Shown here piece by piece: positions 41,611-53,249 of a stretch of 64,000 nt of DNA (the stretch's first letter is position 1; every line of letters starts with the position of its first letter). The notes under the pieces are model-generated. The model was not told where the DNA came from. It searched no databases and worked only from the letters and a program-made list of their open reading frames with translations. Source of the stretch: an uncultured Gemmatimonadaceae bacterium (GTDB lineage Bacteria > Gemmatimonadota > Gemmatimonadetes > Gemmatimonadales > Gemmatimonadaceae). The stretch spans positions 256,001 through 320,000 of the forward strand of contig CAWHHI010000008.1 in the NCBI GenBank assembly GCA_963829055.1, in the 5' to 3' direction. The translations under genes and the position numbers were made by a program.

Positions 41611-43181
41611 TTACCGGGCCTGACGCGCGGCGCCGGTCCGCGCCGCGGTGCTCGGCAGTCTGGCAACCAACGTCCTCATGAAGGCCTGTTGGGAGGTCTG
41701 TCCACTCGTCGCAACGTCCGCCAACGCGTAGTAGGTCTTGATGTAGGCGGTCGTCGACGACAGCAGCGCGTCGCACAGGAAGGGATTGTGAACCCCTTTC
41801 GAGTTGTCACTGTTCGACGCGCCGTACTCGCCGCAGAGTCGAGCGTTGAACTCGGCGCCCTCAGCTGCCGTGATGTCCGCGTGGTCCATTCGGCAGGACG
41901 CTGCTGCTTCACGATGGCGAGCAATCCGCCATCGGTTGGCGCGGCCTGAAGCGTGTTGTCCTTATTCGTGTCCAGCCACAGCTGTTCCGTGGCCGTCTTC
42001 ATGCGAGTGCGAACGCTGTTGAACACCGAGACCGCCACAGCCGCGTCTGCGTGACACCCGGACTGCGTGCAGGACTGCCAGGTTCGCGCGGCCGTCGTGT
42101 ACGCGCACGTCTTGTCGGCTGTCGGCTTGCCCGTGCGCATCCAGGCACGGGATCGGGCGGAACAAGTGGCCGGTCGCCTTGAACACGAAGTTGCCCGACG
42201 TCGGGTCGTTTACCGTGAACTGGAGCACGTGACAGCCCGCGCAGAGCTTCGGGTTCTTGGTCGTGGCGTGCGACCCATAGATCCGTGCGGTGTCGTACAC
42301 GAATCCGGGCGGGCGCCAGCCGGCGTAGCCCAGCAGCACGGCTCCCTGTGGCGCGTGCGGTGTGACCGTCGACGGCGGCTCCGGCTCTGCGCGCCGATTG
42401 TGGCACTTCATGCACAGGTTCTGATCGGGATCCGCGGAGGTCACCGGATAGCGCAACTGATTCGGATTCGACGACCCATGTGGGTCGTGGCAGGTTGCGC
42501 AGGTGGCCGGCGGTTGATAGTCGGTCGGGTTCGCCTTCTCGACGTAAGTTGGCATCGATGCCCCAGCGCGCGAGCGCACCGCGAGCCTCGTGGCAGCCGA
42601 CGCACGACGGATTCGACGCCCGCGACGTGTTCAGGTTCGCGTGTCGTGACTGCTTCCACTCATCCGTGAATGGATGGTGAGCCCCGGAATGACAGTCGCT
42701 ACAGTTGCCGGTGCCGTTCACGCCCAGCTCTGCCAGCGGTCTCACCAGGTTGCCCTGGCCCACCCCTTCCACGTGCTCCAGGCCTGCCCCATGGCAGCTC
42801 TCGCACTGGACGTCGTGGTAGACCGGGTCCTTGACGCCGTCCCATCCGGCAGTCGTGCCAGCGGCCGCGTTGCCCCTGCCGTTCGTTGTATGGCACCCGA
42901 AGCACGAGTCCTTCTTGCCCGGATTCGAGTTCAGTGTGTTGTAGGCCTTGGCATGATTCGTCATGCCCCAGCTGCCCTGGAAGTCGGCGTGACAATTACC
43001 GCACGTCGTCTTTTGCGTTGGTCGCGTCGTAGTAGCCGAGGAAGCTCGCCGCAGCCGCCGCCGGCGGATTGAACGGCGGCCGATCCTGGTACACGACGTC
43101 ATCTTCGCACGCCGTGAGCACGGCAACGGCGATCAGCGTGGCCTTCGCGAGAGCGAGCGGACTGAACGACGTGATGCGCAT
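41611..43181 (-). CDS. Multiheme cytochrome c lipoprotein (~9 heme motifs; frameshifted)
   Basis: Lipobox VLTAC; CGNCH, CFGCH, CESCH, CSDCH, CVGCH, CATCH, CMKCH, CAGCH, CTQSGCH; C-terminal GVHNP. Confidence 0.82.
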
Positions 43182-43472
43182 GGTGCGATGCAGGTTCGGG
43201 GCGAAGCCGTACCTACGAATGAGCGGAGTTCCGCCGAGAGATTGATGGCTCCATCCGGTCCGGAGCGATAGTCGGCGATTCCCCTAGAGCACCTCCTATA
43301 AAGGAAGAATCGGGCAATCTCCCGCCATTAGCCGTTCGTACCACTATCGGTAGTATTACGGACCGCCCATCGAGCCGCCTGGGCGGCGGAGACCTAACGC
43401 CGCCCGTTCAACGTAATTTGGGGTTCCGGGCACAGCCCAGCTCGGGTTGACTGCCGACCAGGAGGAGAGCTG

Positions 43473-45156
43473 ATGGCGGAGATCCGTCCCTGGCTTGCCC
43501 ATTACGACCCGGACGTGCCGGCCACGCTGGAGCCGTATCCGGAGCGGACGCTCCTCGACTACCTGTCCGAGAGCGCGCGCACGCATCCCGACAGCCCGGC
43601 CCTGCTCTTCAAGGGGCGTCGAGTGAGCTACGCGGAGCTCGAGCGCCAGAGCGACGCGTTCGCCGCCGCACTCGCAGCCAGTGGCGTCGTACCCGGAGAT
43701 CGGGTCGCGCTCTGCCTGCCTAACTGCCCACAGTTCCTCATCGGCGAGTTTGGTGCGTGGAAGGCCGGTGCCATCGCCTGCCCGCTGAATCCCACCTATA
43801 CCGAACGCGAGCTGCAGGAGGCGCTTTCCGCGAGCGGTGCGAAAACGGTCGTGGTGCTCAACCGCTACTACGACAAGCTGAAGGCCATCCAGTCTCAGAC
43901 GTCGCTGACGCGACTCATCGCCACGGGCATTAAGGAGTACCTGCCGCCTGAGCTCAGGATGGGTTACGAGCTGTTGAAGGAGCAGGAAGAGGGCGAGCAC
44001 ATCACGCTCCGTGACGACGACGAACGATTTGCCGAGGCTCTCGAGCGCCATCACACGGCGACGCGTCCTGCGCATCGTGTAGCCCCCAACGATCCCGCCG
44101 TGATTCTCATGAGTGGCGGGACGACGGGCACGCCGAAAGGCGTGCTCGGAACACATGGCGGCATGGTTGCAGCGGGCATGCAGCTCCGCGCGTGGCTTCG
44201 GCAGCGCGATGAACGAGTGGAGCGACACGATCATGCTCCCACTGCCGCTCTTTCATACGTACGCCAATAGCGGCGTGCAAAGCCTCGCGCTCGTCAACCA
44301 CAACCCGATCTCGCTCATCCCTAACGCGGGCGACTTCGGTGACATGCTGAAGGAGATCGCGACGGTGAAGCCGGCGTTCATCTGCGTCGTGCCAACGCTT
44401 CTCAGCGCAATCCTGAACCACAAGCTGGCCCGCGCCGGAAAGGTGGACTTTCGCTCGATCAAGCTCTGTTTCTGCGGCGCCGCCCCGCTCATGGCGGAAA
44501 CGCAGCGTCGCTTCGAGGAGCTGACTGGCGGCGTGATCGTGGAGGGCTACTCGCTGACCGAGGCGCAGATGGCGGTGCTCGCGAACCCCGTACGCGGCGA
44601 GAAGAAAATCGGATCGGTGGGCATGCCGCTGCCCGATGTCGATCTGCGCATCGTGGACAGCGACGACGGTACCACGCCCGTGCCGTTAGGCGACGTGGGC
44701 GAGATCGTGCTGTCCGCGCCGCAGCTCATGCTCGGGTACTGGCAGAGGCCGGAAGAAACCAGAGAGATGCTGCGCACGACCGACGACGGTCAGCGCTTGC
44801 TCTATACGGGCGACCTCGGGTACGTCGACCCGGACGGGTACGTCTTCATCGTCGACCGCAAGAAGGACCTCATCAAGACGAGCGGCTACCAGGTCTGGCC
44901 GCGCGAGATCGAAGAGGCGATCTCGACCCACTCGAGCGTCGCCGAAGTCGGGGTCGTGGGGCTGCCTGACAAGATGAGGGGTGAGTCGGTGAAAGCGTTC
45001 GTCGTGCTCCGGCCGGGAATGACCGCGACCGAGGCCGAGCTCAAGACGTTCTGCCGCGAGCGGCTCGCGCCGTACAAGGTGCCGTCGGACTTCGAGGTGG
45101 TGGCGGAGTTGCCGAAGTCACAGGTTGGCAAGGTGCTGCGCCGAGCGCTCAAATAG
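43473..45156 (+). CDS. Long-chain fatty acid-CoA ligase / AMP-binding enzyme (frameshift near 44200)
   Basis: MSGGTTGTPKG, LPLFH, EGYSLTE, YTGDLG, DRKKDLIK, LPKSQVGKVLRR. Confidence 0.9.
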
Positions 45157-45168
45157 CGGACCGGTGTT

Positions 45169-45578
45169 GGCGGGAAGCTGAGCAGCGGTCGTGAAGATAT
45201 CGTTGGTCATCGGATGACAGCGGGGACTGGGGACTGGGGACTGGGGACTGGGGACTGGGGCTGCACGCTGGGCACCTCAGCCGACGGCTGCATGCTGCGG
45301 CCGCACGCTGCCCGCTGCTGCTATTAGCGCCCGGTCACCCACGCGCTGCTCCGCGCAGCCGCACCCAGCGTCACCCAGCAACAAGCACGACCACCCAGCC
45401 ACCAGCTTGTAGTTGCCAGTCCCCAGTCCCCAGTCCCCAGTCCCGATGTCCTATCCTGTCACTCCCTTCTCTCGAAGAATCTGCCAGACCTTGAACGGCG
45501 TGATGGGAATGTCGATGTGCCTGACCCCCAGATGCCACAGCGCGTCCACGACTGCGTTCGCGATCGCCGGCGGCGCGC
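45169..45578. repeat. Right copy of the direct duplication (truncated xdhC start + intergenic + intact coxL 3' end)
   Basis: GAAGCTGAGCAGCGGTCGTGAAGATATCGTTGGTCATCGGATGACAGC identical to 36206 onward; (GGGGACT)5 at 45222, (CAGTCCC)4 at 45417. Confidence 0.9.
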
Positions 45579-47820
45579 CGACCGTCGCGCTCTCACCCAC
45601 CCCCTTCGCGCCTAACGGGTGATGCGGGCTCGGCGTGATCGTCTTCGCCACCTCCCAGCTCGGCGTCTCCATGGCCGTCGGCACCAGATAGTCCATGAAG
45701 CTGCCGCCCTGAATGTTGCCGTTCTCGTCGTACTGGATCTCCTCGAACAGTGCCGGTGCGAGCCCCTGCGTCAGCCCGCCGTGGATCTGCCCGTCGACGA
45801 TCATCGGATTGATGATGTTCCCGCAGTCATCGACCGCCACGAAGCGACGCACCTTCACCTCGCCCGTGCCCTTGTCGATGTCCACGACGCAGATGTAGCT
45901 GCCGAACGGGAACGTGAGGTTCGGCGGATCGTAGTAGCTCACCGCCTCGAGGCCCGCCTCCATGCCCTGCGGGTGGTTCGTGTACGCGGCGAACGCGATC
46001 TCCTGAATCGTCTTCGAGCGCTCGGGCGAGCCGCGCACGGTGAATTTCCCGGGCGTCCACTCGAGGTCATCCTCGCTGGCTTCGAGCAGGTACGCCGCGA
46101 TCTTGCGAGCCTTGTCGCGAATCTTGCGCGCGGCCATCGCGCCGGCCGCGCCCGCCACCGGCGTCGAGCGACTGGCGTACGTCCCGAGTCCGTAGGGCGC
46201 CGTGTCCGTGTCACCCTCCTCGACCTGCACGTGCGCGGCGGGAATGCCCAGCTCTTCGGCGACGATCTGCGCGTAGGTCGTCTCGTGCCCCTGGCCCTGT
46301 GACTTCGTGCCGAAGCGCGCGATCGCCTTGCCCGTCGGATGAATCCGGATCTCGGCCGAATCGAACATCTTGAGACCCAGGATGTCGAACTGGTGCGACG
46401 GGCCCGCGCCGACGATCTCGGTGAAGCTCGAGATGCCGATGCCCATGAGCTCACCGCGCGCGCGTTTCTCGAGCTGTTCGCGGCGCAGGTCGGCATACCC
46501 GATGCTGCTCCATCGCGAGGTCGAGCGCGCCCTTGTAGTTGCCGCTGTCGTACGTCCACCCGGTGGCCGACTTGTACGGGAACTGCTCCGGCTTGATGAA
46601 GTTCTTCAGGCGGAACTCCGCCGGATCCATCTTCAGCTCGTGCGCCGCAATATCGGCGAGCCGTTCGATCGCGTGGACGGCTTCGGTCACGCGGAAGGAG
46701 CAGCGATACGCGACGCCGCCGGGCGGCTTCGTCGTGTACGCCGCATCCACCGCCACGTGCGCGGCCGGAATGTCGTACGACCCGGTGATCACACTGTAGA
46801 GTCCCGCGGGATACTTCGACGGGTTCGCGGCAGCATCCGCACATCCGTGATCCGCGAGCGTCTTCACACGCAGCCCCGTGATCGTCCCGTCCTTCTTGAG
46901 CGCGAGCTCGGCGTCGATGTGATAGTCGCGCGCGAACGAGTCGGCCTGGAGGTTCTCCATCCGATCCTCGATCCACTTGACCGGCTTGCCTAACAGGAAC
47001 GAGACGGCGATCGCGATCACGTAGCCCGGGTAGACCGGCACTTTGCCACCGAACCCGCCCCCAATGTCCGGAGAGATGATACGGATGCGCTCCTCGGAGA
47101 GACCGACGTGTCCCGCGACCAGCGCGACGCACCGTGCGCACCGCGTGCGGCGCCTGAGTGGTCATGTAGACCGTGAGCTGCTCGCGCGCCTTGTCGTAGC
47201 TCGCCACGCACCCGCACGTCTCGATCGACGCAACGTGAATGCGCGGGATGTACATGTGCTGCGACACCGTGAGGTCGGCGTCGGCGAACATCTGCTCGGT
47301 TGCGTCCTTGTTGCCCGCTTCCCAGTGCCAGATGTGGTTCGTGTCCTTCCGGTCCGGTCGCACGAGCGTGGCGCCCGGCTCCATCGCCTTGTACGGATCG
47401 ATCACCGGCGGCAGCGGATCGTACTCCACATCCACCACGGCGACGCCGTCCGCGGCCGCATAACGACTCGTGGCGATCACCGCCGCGACTTCCTGCGACT
47501 GATAGACGACGCGATCCGTCGGCAACACCATCTGGGTGTCGCTCATGAGCGTCGGCATCATGTGCAGGTTGTACTTCTCGAGGTCACGCCCCGTGATCAC
47601 CGCGAGCACGCCGGGTGTCGCGAGCGCGCGCGACGAGTCGATGCTCACGATCTTCGCGTGCGGGTACGGCGTGCGGACAATGTCCATGTAGAGCATGTCG
47701 GGGAGCACGACGTCGTCGACGTAGTTGCCCTTCCCGCGCAGGAAGCGGCCATCTTCCTTGCGCTTGATCGAATGCCCCATCCCACCGACTTCGGGAGCTG
47801 GTACGCGGCTGCGGTATCAT
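45451..47820 (-). CDS. coxL: Aerobic CO dehydrogenase large subunit, form I (frameshifted)
   Basis: Active-site GGVAYRCSFRVTEA; DIGGGFGGK, QGQGHETT, TYASRS, GAKGVGES. Confidence 0.93.
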
Positions 47821-47822
47821 GG

Positions 47823-48404
47823 TCAGTCGTCTTCCCGCGTGTCGAGGCGGCGAGTTAGGTCGGCTCTCGGCAGAGTCTCGGCGACGCAGCGCCTTCGCGT
47901 GGCGGGCAGTCGCGCGCGCTCGCGCGGCGCCGCATCCGCGCTCTCGGCGGCGTGCTGGATGGCCTTCACGATGTTCACGTAGCCCGTGCACCGGCACAGG
48001 TTGCCCGAGATCGCCTGCCGGATCTCTCCCTCGGTCGGGTTGTCGTTGTGCTCCAGCAAGCGCGGTCGCCGTCATCATCATGCCCGGCGTGCAGTAGCCA
48101 CACTGGAGACCGTGTTCTTCCTTGAACCCCGCCTGAACTGGGATGCAGGGCACCGCCCTGCTCGAGCCCTTCCACCGTGCGGATCGAATGCCCATCGGCC
48201 TGGACCGCGAACATGGTGCACGACTTCACCGGCGTGATCATCGACCAGCACGGTGCACGCACCGCAATGCGTCGTATCGCAGCCGATGTGCGTTCCCGTT
48301 AGGCGGAGGTTCTCCCGGATGAAGTGCACGAGCAGCAGCCGCGATTCGACGTCGGCCGAGTGCGCCTGGCCATTGACCGTGACGGTGATGTTGTGTGTGG
48401 ACAT
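47823..48404 (-). CDS. coxS: CO dehydrogenase small [2Fe-2S] subunit (frameshifted)
   Basis: [30 protein letters not shown]. Confidence 0.9.
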
Positions 48405-48406
48405 GG

Positions 48407-49304
48407 TCAGCTCTCTCGGTTGCCGATCTCGCCACGCGCGCGGCGCCCGGCGAGCGCCGAGCGCCCGCGTCGCGAGCACGCGAATGAGATCGCGTTTGTA
48501 CTCCTCGCTGCCACGTCGATCCGCGACAGGATCGGCGGCCGATGCGGCGAGCGTCGCCGCCTGCTCGATCGTACGCGGCGATCGAGCGGCTTGTTGAGCA
48601 GGAACGCCTCCGCCGCTCTCCGCGCGAATCGGCGTCGGTCCGACATTCGTTAGGGCGATGCCGGCCCGCTGGCACGGAACCGCTCGCGTCGACCGTCACC
48701 TGCGCGGCGACCGCCGCCGTCGCGAAGTCGCCGACCTTCCGCTCGAGCTTGAAGTACGCGCCACCGGACCGCGCCGGCGGCGACGGCATCGACGATCTCG
48801 GTCACGATCTCGTCCGGCTCGAGCACCGTCGTGAACAGTCCCACGAAAAAGTCGCGCGCAGCGACGGTGCGCGTTCCGGTCGCGCCGCGAATCACGAACG
48901 ACGCGTCGAGCGCGATCATCGTCGCCGGATGATCGTTGCCCGGATCTCCGTGCGCGACGTTGCCGCAGATCGTCGCCGAGTTGCGCACGATCGGGTCGGC
49001 GATCACGCGTGCCGTGTCGTAGCAGCAACGGATACCGATCGCGCACGACCGCAGAGCGCTCGAGCTCTGCCTCGCGCGCGAGCGCGCCAATGCGCAGCGC
49101 ACCATCGCGTTCCTCGACGTAATCGAGCCCGGGAATCCGGTTGATGTCCACGAGCACGGTGGGAGTGGCGAGGCGAAGCTTGAGCATCGGAATCAGACTC
49201 TGACCACCCGACAGCACCTTCGCTTCACCGCCGTGCTCGCGCAGCAGCGTCACGGCATCGTCCAGGGTGGAGGGCGCGACATAATCGAACCGCGACGGAA
49301 TCAT
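48407..49304 (-). CDS. coxM: CO dehydrogenase medium FAD subunit (frameshifted)
   Basis: [50 protein letters not shown]. Confidence 0.9.
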
Positions 49305-49434
49305 CGGCACCTCCTCGAGTTTTGTTGGTGCATAACAGACAACCACGACTTGACCCGCGCGCTGCTCGCGCTAAAGTGTCTCGCGGTTTCGCGGTGTCAA
49401 TGACCCGACGTGGTCGCACGACCAGAGGCTCGCC

Positions 49435-50170
49435 ATGTCGATCCGAATCGAAGAGGTCTTCGAGATTCAGGCGCATCCCGATCGTGTGTGGGCCTACCTC
49501 ACCGATCCGCGACAGGTCGTGAATTGTCTTCCCGGCGCCGAGCTCACGTCCGTGCAGGACGAGACGACGTTTCTCGGCCGAGTGAAGGTGAAGGTCGGAC
49601 CGATTTCGACCGCGTACGCCGGCAAGGTGATTCTCACCGGAGCGACGATGACGCCAATCGCGTCGTGCAGATGATCGGCGAAGGACGCGAGAGCGGCGGC
49701 ACCGGGTCAGCGAAGATGACGATGACGAGCATCGGTCGTTCGAGGCTCGCAAGCGGCAGCCACCGAGGTCCGCGTCGTCGCGGACATCGACATTGTCGGA
49801 CGCATCGCGCAGTTCGGGCGTGGGATGATCGAGAGCGTGAACAAGCAGATGTTCAAGCAGTTCACGGAGTGCGTCCGCGCGACGCTGGCGACGCCGATCG
49901 CGCCGACGCCCGCCGAGTCGGCGACCGACGCCATCAGCGCCATCTTCGATGATGCCGACCAGCCGCCCGCCGCAGCCGACCCGTCGGCGACGCCAGCCGC
50001 GCAATCGCAGTCATCCGTCGCTGGCGACACCCACGTCGGGCTCCATCGTACCTGGCGATCGCCACTGCCGAGCGCACCACCCGCCGCGCCCGCCCACGAT
50101 CGCGGGCAACCGGTGCGCTGATCCCGGTCTTGCTCCCGCGCTTCGTCGACTACCTCGGTCGGTCTCCTGA
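49435..50170 (+). CDS. coxG: CoxG/SRPBCC family protein (frameshifted)
   Basis: DRVWAYLTDP..CLPGAEL, KVKVGP, GRIAQFGRGMI; divergent from coxM. Confidence 0.8.
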
Positions 50171-50252
50171 GCAGACTGTTCCGTCGCTGAGGTCGCGCCC
50201 GGCAGGCCATTGGAAGCCGCCGATAGGCACAAGGGAACTGTTGCGATATGTG

Positions 50253-51208
50253 ATGTACATCACTATCTTGTCGCGGCCGTCTCCTTCCGCAGATCACCCC
50301 CCGCGACCGCTTCATCGCTTTTCGACGCTCGCGCCCAGCGTCACCGCGCCTGACACGGCGCGCCGTTCGCGCACGCGGACTCGAGTTCGCCGTGTACCTC
50401 TCGCCTGAGAGTACACGGTGCCGATACCGCTCGTCTGCGTGAACGGCGGATTGTTGTTCGATCACAACCTGTTGTGGCCCGCTCTCGCTCCGCTCGCCGA
50501 GCGCCGTCAGCTCATCCTCTACGACCAGCGCGGTCGCGGTGCATCGCAGGTCACCGCCGGGTGCTCGCAGCGCACGCATCGAGCATGACGCCGGCGATCT
50601 CCCCGCGCTTCGCGAAGCGATCGGCCTCGCGCGGTGGGATGTCCTCGGCCACTCGTGGGGTGGCGGCCTCGCCATGCTCGCGACTGAACGCGATCAAGGG
50701 CGGCGTTCGACGACTCGTGCTCGTCGACAGCGTCGGGCCCGTCGGCAACTGGCAGGAGAATCTCCTGCGCGATGCACTGCCGCGACTTGGCGCCAGGCGA
50801 TCGCGCGATTCTCGAGCGCATCGATCAGCAAGCGCTGCTCGCAGCCGGACCCCGGCGTTCACAGCGCGTACTCGCGCGCGATGTACGCGGCGTGGTTCGC
50901 CGACTCGTCGCTCGCCACGATGTTTTCGCCGCCACGATCGGATAGTCAGACCGGTGCCGCAGTCGCGTCGCAGCTCCGTGGCGAGGGCTACGACTGGCGA
51001 CGCGCTGCTCCGTGCCGTTTCGGTGCCCACGCTCGTCATTCACGGAGATCGAGATCTGCTACCCGTCAGCGTAGCATGAGAGATCGTCGCAACGCTCGGG
51101 AACGCGCGTCTCGAGATCATCCCCGATGCGGGCCATATGCCGTTCTGGGAATCGCCGGAGCTGTTCTTCACCCTCATCGAGTCGTTTCTCTCGACTCCTA
51201 CGTCGTAA
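50253..51208 (+). CDS. Alpha/beta hydrolase, proline iminopeptidase-like (several frameshifts; start uncertain)
   Basis: YDQRGRG, GHSWGG nucleophile elbow, HGDRD, AGHMPFWE. Confidence 0.8.
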
Positions 51209-51219
51209 CCACGAGTACG

Positions 51220-51995
51220 ATGCGTCGTCTCGAACTGGTGTTCGGTGCTATTGTCACTGCGCTCGCAGTCTTCGTCGCGGTCGAGGCGCGTGGCGCGCGT
51301 GTGTACTCGCGAGTACCTCGGCGGAGCGGTGTCCGCACCGATCGCGAGCAGTCCGTCCGAGACGCCGCGTCGCGCGCGCCCTGCCGACGACGCCGGTCAC
51401 CGATGAGACGTGTCAGCGCCGCGCGACCTCGAGGACATTCGTCGACGGCTGCGCGAGGGGTCCCCGGGCACGTACGTGGACGAGCTGCTGCTGCAGCGCG
51501 ACTCCGCGCTCGCTCGATGGCCGGATCGCCGCAAGCGTCCGCTTCGCGTGTGGATTCAGCCCGAGACGACGATGTCGGACTTCAGCGCCGAGCTATCCGG
51601 ACATCGTTCGCAACGCCTTCGAGGAGTGGACCGCGACGGGCATTCCGCTCGTCTTCACGTTCGTTCATCGACTCGGCGAAGGCCGACGTCCACGTCACGT
51701 GGATCGATCGCTTCGACGAGCAGATCAGCGGCAAGACGTTGTGGGCGCACGACGATGACTGGTGGATCGTCGAGGCGAACATCGTCCTCGCGATTCACCA
51801 CCGCGGCGGCGAGCCGCTCGACAGCTCCGCCGTGCGCGCCATCGCGCTCCACGAAGTCGGCCACCTGATCGGTCTCGATCATACGACCGACACGGCGAAC
51901 ATCATGACGCCGAAGGTTCGCGTGAAGGAGCTGTCCGACGCCGACCGCGCCACCGCGCGACTGCTCTACACCTACCGCCGGGAAAGGTGAAATAG
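51220..51995 (+). CDS. Matrixin-family (M10) zinc metalloprotease (frameshifted)
   Basis: HEVGHLIGLDH plus Met-turn NIMTP. Confidence 0.82.
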
Positions 51996-51997
51996 AC

Positions 51998-52135
51998 CGG
52001 GCATCCCGAGCGGGAGACGGGAACCGGGAAGCATCGAGCCGAACCGGCTCGGGATGCTTCACACGAGGTCCCTCGTCGCTGGCGCTCCTCGGGATGCCCG
52101 TCTCCCGTCTCCCGCCGTCCCGTTCCCGCTTCCCG
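51998..52135. repeat. Intergenic inverted repeat with heptamer-like arrays
   Basis: CGGGCATCCCGAG / CTCGGGATGCCCG plus CGGGAGA-type and TCTCCCG-type units. Confidence 0.65.
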
Positions 52136-52141
52136 TCCGCG

Positions 52142-53249
52142 TTGGCACCGGTCCTGCCCTCGCTACACGAACGGCGAGGGAATCGACTTCGACGTAGCGA
52201 TAGTTGGCGGCGGTCCCGCGGGACTGACGGCCGCGCTCTGGCTCGGCCGCTACCTGCACCGCGTCGTCGTCATCGACTCCGGCGACCCACGAAACTGGGA
52301 GACGCGCGGCGTCAACGGTTTTCCCGGGCACCCAGGCATCACGCCCGCGGAGTTCCGCGGGAAGACGCGCGACGAGTGTCGCGAGTACGGTGTCGAGCTC
52401 ATCGATGGGTTCGTCGCACGCGTCAGCGCGACGACGTACGGCTTCGAGATCCAGTTCGACCCGATGCACGGGACGAAGGCGCGCGAAGACCACCGCGGCT
52501 CCGGGCGCCCCGCGCGCGCCGTCGGACAACGCACCTCGCCCGGAGACGCGGACGCTCCGCGCGCAGCGCGATTGCTGCTCGCGTTCGGGCTCCGCGACGA
52601 GTGGCCGAAAGTACCCGGGCTGCAGCAGGTGTACGGAAGCGCCGCGCACGTCTGTCCCGACTGCGACGGCTACGACACGCGCGGCAAGAAAGTCGTTGTG
52701 CTCGCGTCCGGCCGGAAAGCAGCGGGCATGGCGCTCAACCTCACGACGTGGACACACGACATCGTGATCTGCACGAACGGCCGCGATCCCGACCTCGACG
52801 CCGAGCAGTGCGCGAAGCTCGACGCGCTGAACATTCCCGTGCTGTCCGCGCGCATCGAGCGGGTCGTGCCCGCAGGGCGACCGGATCTACTCCCTCGAGC
52901 TCGAGGGCGGTATGCACCTCGACTGCGACCACCTCTTCTTCGCGCTGTCGCAGCGTCCCGCCGACGACCTCGGTGCCCAGCTCGACTGCGAGCGCGACGA
53001 CGACGGGCAGATCATCGTGGATGAGCACCAGCACACCTCGGTCGAGTACGTGTGGGCCGCAGGCGACATCACACCCGGCGCCGCAGCTCGCCATCGTCGC
53101 CGTCGGCGGAGGGCGCGGTGGCGGCCCTCTCGATTCACAAGAGCCTCGTGCCTAACGAGCGCAAGCTGGAGCCGCCCGGCCGAAAGGCCGGGCGGACGCT
53201 ACCTGCTACCAGCGCAGCGTCAGGGACTGCTCCTTCTTCTTGCGGATGA
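52142..53249 (+). CDS. Thioredoxin reductase-like NAD(P)/FAD oxidoreductase (frameshifted)
   Basis: IVGGGPAGL, HVCPDCDG, WAAGDITP. Confidence 0.82.

Noticed and set aside
36572..43181. Naming the cluster mtrCAB, nrfAH or omcS
   Set aside because: Heme counts and barrel size do not fit MtrA/B/C, and no CxxCK NrfA motif was seen; orthology cannot be shown without searches
43278..43305. PadR-like half site (TTCCCCTAGAG) upstream of the cytochrome operon
   Set aside because: No matching second half site; too weak to call
36201..45578. Prophage, ICE or IS-bounded transposon
   Set aside because: No integrase, transposase, phage gene or tRNA attachment site; flanks are duplicated host sequence
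45451..47820. Form II CODH or xanthine dehydrogenase
   Set aside because: Active-site loop is AYRCSFR, not AYRGAGR
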